Positions 1-11,939 are shown, counted from the first letter of the stretch. The stretch: DNA of 64,000 nucleotides from Octopus bimaculoides (GCF_001194135.2 NC_068989.1:7116993-7180992); one strand, 5' to 3'. Made by a program: numbers and translations. Notes: generated from the sequence alone by a model not told the origin.

Positions 1-177
1 GGAGCGTTGTTGAGTGAGAGGTCAATGAACATGGCCATAACACCAAAGATTCTTTGAAAGCTGCCATAGTCAGAGTAATGTCGAAAAATGAACCAGGACC
101 GCTTGATTTGAGCATGGAGAGGATTTAGATCTCATATAGAAGCAGTTGATGAAGCTGAAGGTGGCTTTATTGAATAA
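1..177 (+). pseudogene. Tc1/mariner (DD37D/maT-like) transposase C-terminal remnant
   Basis: Manual translation gives SVVE*EVNEHGHNTKDSLKAAIVRVMS, a frameshift, then MNQDRLI*AWRGFRSHIEAVDEAEGGFIE* (TAA 175-177). This matches the typical mariner-like C-terminus (...FR.RIEAVI.A.GG.IE*). Truncated by the window start. Confidence 0.8.
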
Positions 178-189
178 CATTATAGAAAA

Positions 190-232
<43 letters not shown>

Positions 233-860
233 NNNNNNNNNNNNNNNNNNNNNNNNNNNNNNNNNNNNNNNNNNNNNNNNNNNNNNNNNNNNNNNNNNNN
301 NNNNNNNNNNNNNNNNNNNNNNNNNNNNNNNNNNNNNNNNNNNNNNNNNNNNNNNNNNNNNNNNNNNNNNNNNNNNNNNNNNNNNNNNNNNNNNNNNNNN
401 NNNNNNNNNNNNNNNNNNNNNNNNNNNNNNNNNNNNNNNNNNNNNNNNNNNNNNNNNNNNNNNNNNNNNNNNNNNNNNNNNNNNNNNNNNNNNNNNNNNN
501 NNNNNNNNNNNNNNNNNNNNNNNNNNNNNNNNNNNNNNNNNNNNNNNNNNNNNNNNNNNNNNNNNNNNNNNNNNNNNNNNNNNNNNNNNNNNNNNNNNNN
601 NNNNNNNNNNNNNNNNNNNNNNNNNNNNNNNNNNNNNNNNNNNNNNNNNNNNNNNNNNNNNNNNNNNNNNNNNNNNNNNNNNNNNNNNNNNNNNNNNNNN
701 NNNNNNNNNNNNNNNNNNNNNNNNNNNNNNNNNNNNNNNNNNNNNNNNNNNNNNNNNNNNNNNNNNNNNNNNNNNNNNNNNNNNNNNNNNNNNNNNNNNN
801 NNNNNNNNNNNNNNNNNNNNNNNNNNNNNNNNNNNNNNNNNNNNNNNNNNNNNNNNNNNN
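233..860. other. Assembly gap flanked by (TA)n; representative of many similar N-runs (e.g. 9575-10330, 14693-15243, 22411-23067, 26823-27474, 46170-46759, 58875-59458)
   Basis: N-runs, mostly bordered by (TA)n or other microsatellites; they create the long X-filled pseudo-ORFs in the track. Confidence 0.95.
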
Positions 861-909
<49 letters not shown>

Positions 910-911
<2 letters not shown>

Positions 912-1072
912 ATGGGCTTCTTTCAGTTTCTGTCTACCAGATCCACTCATAAGATTTTGGTCAGCCCAAGGATATAGCAAATGATACTTGTTCAAGGTAT
1001 CACACAGTGGGACTGAACCTGGAACCATGTGGCTGGGAAGCAAACTTCATACCACACAGCCATACCTGCACT
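910..1072 (-). mobile_element. tRNA-headed SINE family A (CORE-like middle), 5' half
   Basis: Reverse complement of the head ...GTGTGGT...GGTTCAGTCCCACTG...CTTG(G)GCAAGTGTCTTCTACTATA...GGTAGAC(G/A)GAAACTGAAAGAAGCC; abuts a (TA)n and gap. Confidence 0.8.
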
Positions 1073-1767
1073 TATTGAAATCTCTTCTCCCCTGTGCCCC
1101 TGTGCATTTTCTGTTTTTTTTTTTTTCTTCTTGACAAATGTTTACCTACAGACATTCAGACTGAACTCTTTATTAATACCATGTTTATCAATGTCACCAG
1201 AGCCTGCAAAGTTCTGCGCCAATGTCCCACTTGACTAAACATTTATAAAACCCTGACTTATACGAGATCTCTTTTTCGTTTTTTATATTCAGGTTAGTAA
1301 AGGTAAACAACTGTAACCCATAACAGTGAGTCTCATCTAAGCGGTTTTATGATCACCCTATAAATTTGGTGTTCATTAGACATCAAATATTTATGACTAA
1401 GAGATGTCACAAAACAAATTTAAATAATATTTATCCATAACATTTATGACTTACAGATTTCATACATCCACATCTCGTAAATGTAGGAGATGAAACAAAA
1501 TTTTACTGTAACATTTATGACTTATAGGTAGTACCATAAAAAAATATTTCTATCTGCATTACAGAGTGTTGGCAGAAAGCCATGTCTATAATGAGATTTC
1601 AGTTCCCAGTTCAACCACTTCACTTAACTTATTTCCAGAGTCGAAACAGTTGGCACCTGTTAGTTTAGTTGTCTTCTTCAGATACCTATACTTTGGAATA
1701 TATCTCATACAAAACCAAATACATGGTTTTCATTAATGCAAAAGTGTTTCATAAAAATGGCTGTAGA

Positions 1768-2131
1768 TTTTGCTGTATCTTGGGAGGGTCATTATGCCAA
1801 TACTGAACACATGCACTGGTTGTGTTTCACTTCTTTTATTATTATTAGTCAATTGGTTGGCCATTTATCCAATTAAATTAACTAATTGTTTGATTAATCA
1901 TTAGCAGACCTGGAATAGAGGGAGCATGCCATTGATAAGGTTCTAACTGTTACAGATGAAAGGACTTTGACAAGCCTAGCTAATTGACTGACTGACCGAA
2001 CAATTAATCAAACAACTGATTAGTTAATTGGTTAAATGGTTAATCAATTAACTAATAATAATAAAAGAAGTGAAATACAACCAGTGCTTATGCTTATTTT
2101 AGTAAAATGACCCTCCCAAGATACACCAAAA
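1768..2131. mobile_element. Foldback/MITE-like element with ~130-bp inverted arms
   Basis: Arm 1768-1898 (TTTGCTGTATCTTGGGAGGGTCATT...TGATTAAT) matches the reverse complement of 2003-2131 (ATTAATCA...AATGACCCTCCCAAGATACACCAAAA); spacer ~100 bp. Confidence 0.75.
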
Positions 2132-2971
2132 CTTATTTCAATACACAAGTTCACATCAAGAATCTTGAAAATCAAATAGAAAAACGAATTATAAGCTATT
2201 AAGAATATTAAATTTATCCAAAATTGGTGATTTCTTACTGAGACAAAACTAGAAATTTGTGGGGATCTGACATTGGCCCTAATAGTTGACAGTGTTTTGT
2301 GTTATATAAGCCCCACAAGCATGACAGGTATGGGTGTATGTGGTAAGACATTACATTGACCCTTGCACTGGTGGCCCCACGAGGATGACAGTTATGGGTG
2401 AATGTGGTAAGATTTGAACCCAGAAATGAAGAGCTCAAATAGGTATTTCTAAACATTCTATCGACCCTAGTATTTGACTGTAGCATGTTTTATCAGCCCC
2501 ACAAGTATAACAAGTGAGATTGAACTTAGAAAGCGAAGAGCTTTGACCAATAACTCCAATGCATTTTTATCTCCTGCTCTAAACAAGTCAACTAATTTAC
2601 TACCCAAAATTATCCATTATGGATCTCATAAAAAAGAAACATTTTCTATCTCGTTAATGTGTGTTATAATGGGTGTTAAGTATATTAACGCAATGTCTAC
2701 AGCAAACTAGTGTTGTTAGATAAATAATTTCTGAAGCATTTCTGATTTATGAGTATCATTAAAATATATTCATCAGACATTTGATAGTGAGTTGCAACTG
2801 GCTGGGCCAATCAGTCGCCAGCTTCTTATGAATACGAGAGTTGATGTAAGATAGTTGGTAGTATTTGGGGTTTCTCAGCTAAGGGATCAATATTGTTAGA
2901 AACATTGAAGCAAAGAAGTAGCAGAAAAGTTAAACTATCAAACAAAATGCTTTATAATATCTAGATACATC

Positions 2972-3186
2972 AAAGGTGGTGAGCTGGCAGAAACTTTAGC
3001 ACGCCAGGCAAAATGTTTAGCGGTATTTCGTCTGCCGTTACGTTCTGAGTTCAAATTCCACCGAGGTTGACTTTGCCTTTCATCCTTTCAGGTCGATAAA
3101 TTAAGTACCAGTTGTGTACTGGGGTCGATCTAATCAACTGGCCCCCTCCCCCTAAATTTCAGGCCTTGTGCCTAGGGTAGACAGGG
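2972..3186 (+). mobile_element. SINE family B (Nin/Deu-like core), tail type 1
   Basis: GGTGAGCTGGCAGAA head, B-box-like GAGTTCAAATTCC, core TTGCCTTTCATCCTTTC(G)GGGTCGATAAATTAAGTACCAG, tail CCCCTCCCCTAAATTTCAGGCCTTGTGCC, then (ATT)n. Confidence 0.8.
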
Positions 3187-3210
3187 TTATCATTATCATT
3201 ATTATTATTA

Positions 3211-3480
3211 TGAGTGGATTTGGTAGACGGAAACTGAAAGAAGCCCGTCGTATATATGTATATATATATATATGTTTGTGTGTCTGTGTTTGTCCCCCCA
3301 ACATCGCTTGACAACCGATGCTGGTGTGTTTACATCCCCCGTAACTTAGCGGTTCGGTAAAAGAGACCGATAGAATAAGTACTAGGCTTACAAAGAATAA
3401 GTCCCAGGGTCAATTTGCTCGACTAAAGGCGGTGCTCCAGCATGGCCGCAGTCAAATGACTGAAACAGATAAAAGAGAGA
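3211..3480 (+). mobile_element. SINE family A, 5'-truncated 3' portion with internal (TA)n
   Basis: TGAGTGGATTTGGTAGACGGAAACTGAAAGAAGCCCGTCG-(TA)n-...GGCGGTGCTCCAGCATGGCCGCAGTCAAATGACTGAAAC; near-identical to 38745-39000. Confidence 0.85.
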
Positions 3481-3629
3481 TTACGAATCTGGGAATTTTT
3501 TTTTTTTAATTTAAATTTTTCTTAACGAAACACTCAAAGTCCCTTCACCCACATCGTCCACCCATCACCTCCCTGTTTTCAGAAAGATAAAAACACCGGA
3601 TGTTTCACTTTCATCTGATAGATGGTGTG

Positions 3630-3733
3630 CACATGCTTTAACCTTACCCACAATGCATCACCGGGTCCAAGAATCGAAACCACACTCTTACAATCGTGAG
3701 TGTAACACCCTTACCACTAAGCCACGTGCCTCC
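3630..3733 (-). mobile_element. tRNA-headed SINE family D, head fragment
   Basis: Reverse complement reads GGAGGCACGTGGCTTAGTGGTAAGGGTG...GGTTTCGATTC, the same head as 44691. Confidence 0.65.
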
Positions 3734-3751
3734 ACATGGTATGTATACCAT

Positions 3752-4275
3752 AAAGTGGCAGGACAGGATCCCAGACACCAAGGTACTAATATGTGCTAAC
3801 CTCCCCAGCATCCATACCATCTTGATGCAGTCTTAGCTTCGCTGGGCAGAGCATGTAGCTCGCATGTCAGACGATCGATTACCAAAAAGATTGCCCTTTG
3901 GCGAGCTGCAAAAGGGAAAGTGCTCACAAGGCGGCCAGAAGAAGTGCTTTAAGGACACACTGAAAGCCTTCAACATCGACCGTGCAACTTGGGAGCAGTC
4001 TGCTCTAGACAGGGAAAGGTGGTGATCAGCTGTCCACAAGGGTGCCAACACATGTGAGACCAATAGGATCGCTGCTGCAGAAGACCGCAGACAAGCCAGG
4101 AAGAACAGAGCTAACAACCGTGTAGCAGGCGCTACTGTTCCCTGTCCACACTGTCAAAGACTCTTTTGGTTGCAGATTGGCCTCACTAGCCATCTGCGGA
4201 CTCACAAAAAAAAAGTCCATCCATCGCCACCCCAGGATGACTAGATGGTCTTCGTCGCGTTGACGGACAAACTAC
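3752..4275 (+). mobile_element. RTE-clade LINE 3' end (ORF2 C-terminus with C2H2 finger), degenerate
   Basis: Translates KWQDRIPDTKVL...ILMQS*LRWAEHVARMSDDRLPKRLPFGELQKGKCSQGGQKKCFKDTLKAFNID..W...ALDRERW*SAVHKG...VPCPHCQRLFWLQIGLTSHLRTH, followed by an RTE-like 3' UTR ATGGTCTTCGTCG..TTGACGGAC. Confidence 0.9.
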
Positions 4276-4519
4276 ATGTGTACCATTCTGATCATTGCTG
4301 CACTGGCTGGACAGTGAGCAAGCATTGCATGACTGGCAACTTTCAATCACTTGAAACTGGTGAAATTAATGAGTTTTTGCGTGAAATAGAAATGATGAAC
4401 GTTGCATAACGAAGTGAAAACAAAAAAAATGTCTCAATAAAAACTGGACGAGAAAGAAAAATGGAAATATTATTTCAATGTATTGCGATTTGTCAGTTGA
4501 GGGAAAGAAGACTCAAATG

Positions 4520-4855
4520 TCAACATCATCACCATCATCATCATCATCGTTGTCATCATCATCATCATCATCATCATAATTGTCATTGCCTTCATCATTA
4601 TCATCATCACCATTGTTGCTATCATCATCATTGTCATCATCATCATTGTCATCATCATTGTCATCGTCATCATCATCATTGTCATTGTCATCACCATCAT
4701 CTTCACCATCATTACCACTGTCATCGTCATCATTGTCATCGTCATCATTGTCGTCATCGTCATCATCATTATCATCCTCATCATCATTGTCATCATCATC
4801 ACTATCACCATCATCATCATTGTCATCATCTTCACCATCCTCTTCAACCTCCTAC
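4520..4855. repeat. (CAT)n / CATCATCATTGT compound microsatellite
   Basis: Low-complexity trinucleotide array; source of the poly-His/Ser/Met ORFs. Confidence 0.95.
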
Positions 4856-5207
4856 TCTCCATCTGTGACAGTGGTGGGGTGAGGGTGGGGGTGAGGGACG
4901 AGTGAAGGAAATCAGAGTCAAGGAGGAGGAGTCAGAGAGAGAAAGGAGGAGGTAATAAAAGACCATAAACAGGGTACAGTGTGAGTTGTGTAAAGGGTAT
5001 AACTGGTACCATTTAGAGTAGTGAAGCAGATGAGTTATTGGAGGGAAGGATTGGCAGGGCCTCGGGCTTTACTGGGATGAACGAGTCTTCTGAAGCACAA
5101 CATATTGCCATTCCACTTGGCCCTTTGTCAGCTCCACATCTTCCTGTGTCTCCCTCTTTCCACGGTTCTGTCAATGTTTAGCAATCACTACATCTACTTC
5201 TTTATGC

Positions 5208-5261
<54 letters not shown>

Positions 5262-5512
5262 ATACATATATATACATATATATGTATACATATATATACA
5301 TATATATGTATACATATATATATATGTATACATATNNNNNNNNNNGGTGTGTATATATATATATATACATGTATGTATGTGTGTGTCTCTATGTATATAT
5401 ATATACACGCATGCACACACACACATATATTTATGTAGAGAGAGAGAAAGAGAGTGAAAGCAAGAGATACATATATATACATATTTAAATGTGAGTATGT
5501 GTGTGCATGTAG

Positions 5513-5547
<35 letters not shown>

Positions 5548-5967
5548 AATGCATGTGTGTATACACACATATACATATATTCACATAATAATTAAGTATA
5601 TATATAAATTAAAATTTTTTATTAAATATGTAAGTTTTAATTATACACTCGTGTGTATATCAATAATTAAGAACAATTTGAGAAACTGATTTAGAAAATA
5701 ATGATCTGCACATGACAGGAACCATAATCAATTTATGAATGTCTTTTGAATGAGGTTAATGAGTACAGAGATAACATGCATTACACGAATAGAAATTCAA
5801 GAAAGGCAGACTCTTTCCATGATAGAAAGTTGAGTGTTTTGTGTATGGGTACAATGAAGTTGCAGGGAGAGAATATTGACTACAGTTTTTCCTGGTTTAT
5901 CAATGACTAATGTTTTAAATTTAAAATATAAAAAGAGCAATATTTGGAGGATTAAAAAACAGAAAAG

Positions 5968-6110
5968 AGGAGTGGCTGTGTGGTAAGTAGTTTGCTTACC
6001 AACCACATGGTTCTGGGTTCAGTCCCACTGTGTGGCACCTTGGGCAAGTGTCTTCTACTATAGTCTCTGGCTGACCAAAATCTTGTGAGTGGATTTGGTA
6101 GACGGAAACT
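5968..6110 (+). mobile_element. SINE family A, 5' half
   Basis: GGAGTGGCTGTGTGGTAAGTAGTTTGCTTACCAACCACATGGTTCTGGGTTCAGTCCCACTG...GGTAGACGGAAACTG, then abruptly joined to unrelated sequence. Confidence 0.85.
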
Positions 6111-6634
6111 GTTAAATTGTTAAGCCTTTCTCTCCTGTCGTTTGAGTTCTTCCTTTTCTCTTCTGCTGGCTTCGAAGTTTTTGGTTCTTGTGGTATGATG
6201 TCAGTGACTGAGGAGCTGACCAGAACCAGGAGTGACCGGAACTGGGAGCTGACGGGAAGAGGAAGAGGGGAAGAGGGAGCCACGATTGGGATTTCATGCC
6301 TTTTTCGAGCGGGGTCGTTGCGACGCGAAGACGTGCGAAGCGATCGACCAGGTAAGGGAGAAGCAGCTGCTATTTCTAGCGTTCTTCGGGTCGGGCCAGG
6401 TGCGAGGACAGGCTTGTGCGGTGGAAGGAAGACAAGGTAAGCCGTTTACTACTAATCACTCGCATACACCACAGTTCTGATGGTGATGGAATGCTGCAAC
6501 TTGGTATGGTCAGAGAGAGAGAGAGAGAGGAAGAGATGGGGAGAGGGGAGAGATAGACATATGGATAGATAAATAGATAGATAGTTAGATGTGTGGATAT
6601 GGATATTTGCATGTAAATGTCTGTGTTAATATGC

Positions 6635-6820
6635 TGGGTGAAATACTTAGCGGTATTTCATCTGTCTTTATGTTCTGAGTTCAAATTCCACCGAGGTCGA
6701 CTTTGGCTTTCATCCTTTCGGGGTCGATAAATTAAGTACCAGTTGTGTACTGGGGTTGATCTAATCGACTGGCCCCTTCCCCCAAAATTTCGGGCTTTGT
6801 GCCAAGGGTAGAAAAGAATG
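6635..6820 (+). mobile_element. SINE family B, tail type 1
   Basis: AAATACTTAGCGGTATTTC...GAGTTCAAATTCCACCGAGGTCGACTTTGGCTTTCATCCTTTCGGGGTCGATAAATTAAGTACCAG...CCCCAAAATTTCGGGCTTTGTGCC. Confidence 0.85.
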
Positions 6821-6829
6821 TGAGTGTGT

Positions 6830-7060
6830 TTAGGTTGGTCTCTTCGTCTTGAGTATCACTGCTCTAACAGGTAGTGTCATTCATTTCCAATCTTCCAGGA
6901 AAACATGTCTGGCCATGGGGAGATATTAGCTTACTTCGAAACAGGTGAGGGTTAGTGACAGGAAGGGCACCCAGCTGCAGAAGATCTGCCTTGATAAATT
7001 CCATCCACTTCATGCAAGCATGGAAAAGCGGACATTGAAAAGATGACAATAAAAATGATG
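6830..7060 (+). mobile_element. Interspersed repeat with V-SINE-like GGAAGGGCA(T/C)CCAGC motif and RTE-like tail; related copies at ~8060-8205, ~8370-8605 (minus) and ~61285-61380 (minus)
   Basis: Shared motif GAGGGTT(G/A)GTGACAGGAAGGGCA(T/C)CCAGCTG and end CATGCAAGCATGGAAAAG.GGAC.TT..(GAT)n. Family assignment is from memory. Confidence 0.6.
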
Positions 7061-7470
7061 ACGGTGGTGGTGGTGGTGGTGGTGTTGTTGGTGACGCTGA
7101 TGACAACAATGATTACAAACACATGCACACACATACATGCACCCACACACACACACATACATATTATTGAGGTTAATTACTTCGTGGCATCGTCCAAATG
7201 AAAAGAAAAATAAAAGACGCAATAATTAAGTTAGGGTTACTTTAATTAATGCAAGGTGCAGCACCAAAATGTAATTAAAAATTTGTTTGAAAGACACAAA
7301 ATAGTTTCCACTTTTACTTCATGGTTTAGTGACTAACAGCATGAAGGGCGTCCAGGTGTAAAAGAATAATTACTTCAACAAAGACATCGCAGCTATTTAT
7401 GCTGAACATGGAAAGAGTGTGCATGCATGCTTGCATATATGTATGTATGTATGGATATATGTATGTATGC

Positions 7471-7503
<33 letters not shown>

Positions 7504-7677
7504 TGCATGTATGTATGCATGTATGTATGTATATGTATATATATTTATATACATAGGTATGTATATATATATGTGTGTATATATGTATGAATGTATGTGT
7601 ATATGTATGTGTGTGTGTGTATATATATTTATGTATACGTGTATATATATATATATACATATATGTATGTATGTATA

Positions 7678-7722
<45 letters not shown>

Positions 7723-7829
7723 GTATATATATGTATGCATGTATGTATGTATACATGAGTATGTATATATATATATATATATATGCATGCATGACTGAAT
7801 GTATGTGTGTGTGTAGGTATGTATATATG

Positions 7830-7990
7830 CGGCATTGGCAAGGTTTCATGGTAAGAAGTTTGCTTCACAATCATGTGGTTCCAGGTTCAATCCTACTGCT
7901 TGGCACCTTGGGCAAGTGTCTTCTGCTAGTCCCAGGCAAACAATGCCTTGTGAGTGGATTTGGTAGACGGAAACTGAAAGAAGACCATCA
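7830..7990 (+). mobile_element. SINE family A, degenerate 5' half ending in (TG)n
   Basis: TGGTAAGAAGTTTGCTTCACAATCATGTGGTTCCAGGTTCAATCC...GGCACCTTGGGCAAGTGTCTTC...GGTAGACGGAAACTGAAAGAAG. Confidence 0.8.
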
Positions 7991-8002
7991 TGTTTATATG
8001 TG

Positions 8003-8038
<36 letters not shown>

Positions 8039-8614
8039 CATGTGTGTTTGTGTGTGTGTGTCCTTCTTTTAACATTGTGTAACTGTCTTACGAACAGTCT
8101 TCTTCGTTTCTGATATTCTGCAAGAACATGTCTGACCATGGAGAAAATATTCCTCTGCTTGGAAAGAGGTGAGGGTTGGTGACAGGAAATGCACCCAGCT
8201 GTAGAAAATCTTTTTTGTTTTCCTTTTTTTTTGTAAAACTGGTACTTATACTTATTGGCTTCTTATCCTAAACTGCTAAGTTACATGAGCATAAACAAAC
8301 CAACACCGGTGAAGTAGTGCATAGGATGACAAATAGATACACATAGACACTCACTGACATCATTGCTTACGTCTGCATTTCCATGCTGGCATGGGTTGGA
8401 CAGTTTGACCAAAGACTGGCAAGCGAGGAGGTTGCACCAGGCTCCAATCTGATCTGGCAAAGTTTCTATGGCCGGATGCCCTTCCTAACGCCAACCACTC
8501 CGAGAGTGTAGTGAGTGCTTTTTACGTGCCTCCGGCACAAGGCCCAGTCAGGCAGTATTGGCATTGACCATGCTCAAAAGGTGCTTTTTACATGCCACTG
8601 GCACAGGAGCCAGT

Positions 8615-8673
<59 letters not shown>

Positions 8674-10519
8674 TCCAATGAGCTTTGACATGGATTCTAC
8701 CGACCAAATTCTCTCACAAGGCATTGGTTGACCCAGGGTTAAAAAGTTATAGGGGCAGACACTTACTGAAAGTGTCACAGAGAAATTGAACCTGAAACCA
8801 ACGGGTTATTGAGCAAACTTCCAAACCATATTAACCATGCAGCCGTACCTGCACCTACATGTAAAATGGTACTTTCACAAACATGCAAACACATTGCACA
8901 CACACACACATACACACATACATGCACACGCACGCACAAACACATACACACACACCTATATAAATGTACACATGCATACACATGCATACGCACACAATTT
9001 CTTGAGACACTCATATTAGAATATGATACCACAAGAATGTTAAACCAAAAAACAAAAAAAAGTAATGTCTATAAAAGAATACGCTAAAAAATATTATTTA
9101 AAAAAAAAACCCTAAAAAATACAACAAAAATGCCAAAATAAATAGTACAGCATTATATGTTATTATTACACTCAGTAAAAAACAATTTATCATATTTTTT
9201 TTTTCCTAAAACACCCATTGTTGTTGTTGTTGCTTCTTCTGCGGCTGCTATGCTGTTGTTGTTGTTGTTGCATCTCGGAAGTCAGTTGATATTAAGACTA
9301 TTACTAACAATAGCTCTTTCCCTCAAGACCGAATTCTTCCTGATCTTTGACAATAGTGCAAGATTAAAATATTAGAATAGCATTGATAGATTTCTCAACT
9401 ATTTTCAGAAGATGGTTTTCAACCAAAGACTACGAAGTTCCCTCAAGACTCTCATTAATGTTTTTGTTTTTGGTTTCTGACTTTTCTTCTATAGTAACAT
9501 ATATACATACATGCATATATCTATCAATCTATTTATCTATCTATCTATCTAATATATATATATATATATATATANNNNNNNNNNNNNNNNNNNNNNNNNN
9601 NNNNNNNNNNNNNNNNNNNNNNNNNNNNNNNNNNNNNNNNNNNNNNNNNNNNNNNNNNNNNNNNNNNNNNNNNNNNNNNNNNNNNNNNNNNNNNNNNNNN
9701 NNNNNNNNNNNNNNNNNNNNNNNNNNNNNNNNNNNNNNNNNNNNNNNNNNNNNNNNNNNNNNNNNNNNNNNNNNNNNNNNNNNNNNNNNNNNNNNNNNNN
9801 NNNNNNNNNNNNNNNNNNNNNNNNNNNNNNNNNNNNNNNNNNNNNNNNNNNNNNNNNNNNNNNNNNNNNNNNNNNNNNNNNNNNNNNNNNNNNNNNNNNN
9901 NNNNNNNNNNNNNNNNNNNNNNNNNNNNNNNNNNNNNNNNNNNNNNNNNNNNNNNNNNNNNNNNNNNNNNNNNNNNNNNNNNNNNNNNNNNNNNNNNNNN
10001 NNNNNNNNNNNNNNNNNNNNNNNNNNNNNNNNNNNNNNNNNNNNNNNNNNNNNNNNNNNNNNNNNNNNNNNNNNNNNNNNNNNNNNNNNNNNNNNNNNNN
10101 NNNNNNNNNNNNNNNNNNNNNNNNNNNNNNNNNNNNNNNNNNNNNNNNNNNNNNNNNNNNNNNNNNNNNNNNNNNNNNNNNNNNNNNNNNNNNNNNNNNN
10201 NNNNNNNNNNNNNNNNNNNNNNNNNNNNNNNNNNNNNNNNNNNNNNNNNNNNNNNNNNNNNNNNNNNNNNNNNNNNNNNNNNNNNNNNNNNNNNNNNNNN
10301 NNNNNNNNNNNNNNNNNNNNNNNNNNNNNNTATATATATATATATATGTGTGTATATGTATATATATAGATGTGTATATGTATATATATAGATGTGTATA
10401 TGTATATATATAGATGTGTATATGTATATGTGTATGTATATATGTATATATATATATGTATGTTTATATATGTGTGTATATTTATATATATATGTATGTA
10501 CGTATATATATATATATGC

Positions 10520-10566
<47 letters not shown>

Positions 10567-10749
10567 CTCTCTCTCTCTCTCTCTCCCACACGCATGCACA
10601 CACACACACACATGTATATAACAAAGTAAAGTTGAGTGTTACCGCACAGGTAAAAATATAAGGAAAAGAATCTGAAAACGCAGGAGTCTTTTAAAAGTAT
10701 TTATTAACTTAACCAGTTTCACTTATTTAAAAAGACATTCAAAAGTAAA

Positions 10750-11110
10750 AGGATGAGGCTATGTGTATCCTCTGTGGTGCCAAAAATTAGTTTACAAAAA
10801 TGCATTGAAATCAAGTGATAATGTCTTTGACAATGATAAGAAAAGGCTTGAGGCTTTGTATATTCTCTGTGATGAGTCAAAAAATGGTTTACAGAAAACC
10901 ATTCATATCAGGTAATAAGAATTTTTCATAATGATACGAAGAAAAAATTAGTTTAAATGAATATATCTCGATCAAGTGTTAGAGTCTTTGACAAGAAGAT
11001 AGAATACGTGTATCCTCTGAGATGATTCAAGAAATAGTTTGCATAAAAACATTCAGATCAGATAATAAAATTCTTTATAATGATAAGAAGATGAAAATTA
11101 GAAGAAAATT
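10750..11110. repeat. Degenerate tandem repeat, ~95-bp unit, ~4 copies
   Basis: Recurring (GAGGC)TATGTGTATCCTCTG.GATG...CAAAAA.TAGTTTACA.AAAA.CATTCA.ATCAG.TAATAA blocks near 10755, 10850, 11005. Confidence 0.55.
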
Positions 11111-11164
11111 AGTTTACAGAAATATTGCATAATCTACATTTTCAATTCCATGTTGGAACTTCAA

Positions 11165-11745
11165 GAGCCTTAGTGTTTCTTTTGGTAGCAATTTCCTGTT
11201 CTTGGATTGCAAATGCCTAGGCTTTGAATCATGATGTGACGTAGTGATCGCAAGTCCAAGAGAAGCTTTGCTTCGTGTCAATATTACTCTCTTCTTCAAG
11301 TCTTAGGAAAACATAACCCATGCATGAACTTTTTGGGGTATGCTGAGTGTTTCACCTTCAGGTCTCCTTTGAGGTATATAAATACGGCTGATCTGGGGTT
11401 GTATAAGAGGCCATCAGCAAGAGAGTACTTCCTAGGAGATCACTGCTGACACGTTGGATATTGTTCGCTTCACTTTTGTGTACTAAGTTAATGGATCTAT
11501 TTTTGCTGCTGTTGTTTAGCAAAGTGCTGTCTGAGACAGATTTTGTGGCATTCGAAGGTTGTCTGCACTGATCTCAAGCCTCTACCTCCTTTATCTCTTC
11601 TTAGAGCCTTTCAATATCACTATTTCTGTGAAGATTTCCAGATGATGTCAAAATCTTACCAATTTTAATGTCAACGGAGTGGATTTCTTCTACAGACCAG
11701 TTAAGTATCCCAAATGTTGGAATACACTGGTACTGCAATATATTC
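11165..11745 (-). mobile_element. R4/Dong-like (RLE-type) non-LTR retrotransposon remnant, post-RT region
   Basis: Frameshifted translation: IPTFGILNWSVEEIHSVDIKIGKILTSSGNLHRNSDIERL...RDKGGRGLRSVQTTFE...KKFMHG...NIDTKQSFSW...AFAIQEQEIATK; resembles the R4-clade FGI..W...D...K.LT...HP.SD..RLY..R..GGRGL and AIQDQ.I.T motifs. Confidence 0.75.
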
Positions 11746-11939
11746 CATATAAATAATTAGTGTACATTTAAACACAAAAAGCGGTAACCCTTAACAGGTC
11801 ACCTTACATGCTAGAAGGAACAGACAAAAGTCCAAAACCACAGTTAAGAGCAATTTCGAAGGAAATGAAAAATACAAACATTTACCATGTTTTACAGCCA
11901 GACCTAGATTTCAAACTTTAATTACCAAATAAAATGACT

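Noticed and set aside
70-1043. Long ORFs of 240-360 aa spanning N-runs (also 9383-10624, 22246-23236, 26729-27581, 46096-46802, 47367-48149, 58602-59655)
   Set aside because: They are open only because N codons translate as X; flanks are (TA)n-derived YI repeats.
1635-1690. Hammerhead halves on opposite strands (minus CUGAAGA-A-GAC; plus GUC-GAAACAGUU)
   Set aside because: Needs a hypothetical inversion, and even then stem I does not pair.
4461-4882. His/Cys-rich ORF resembling a metal-binding protein
   Set aside because: All frames are translations of a (CAT)n/TGT microsatellite; no splice or domain support.
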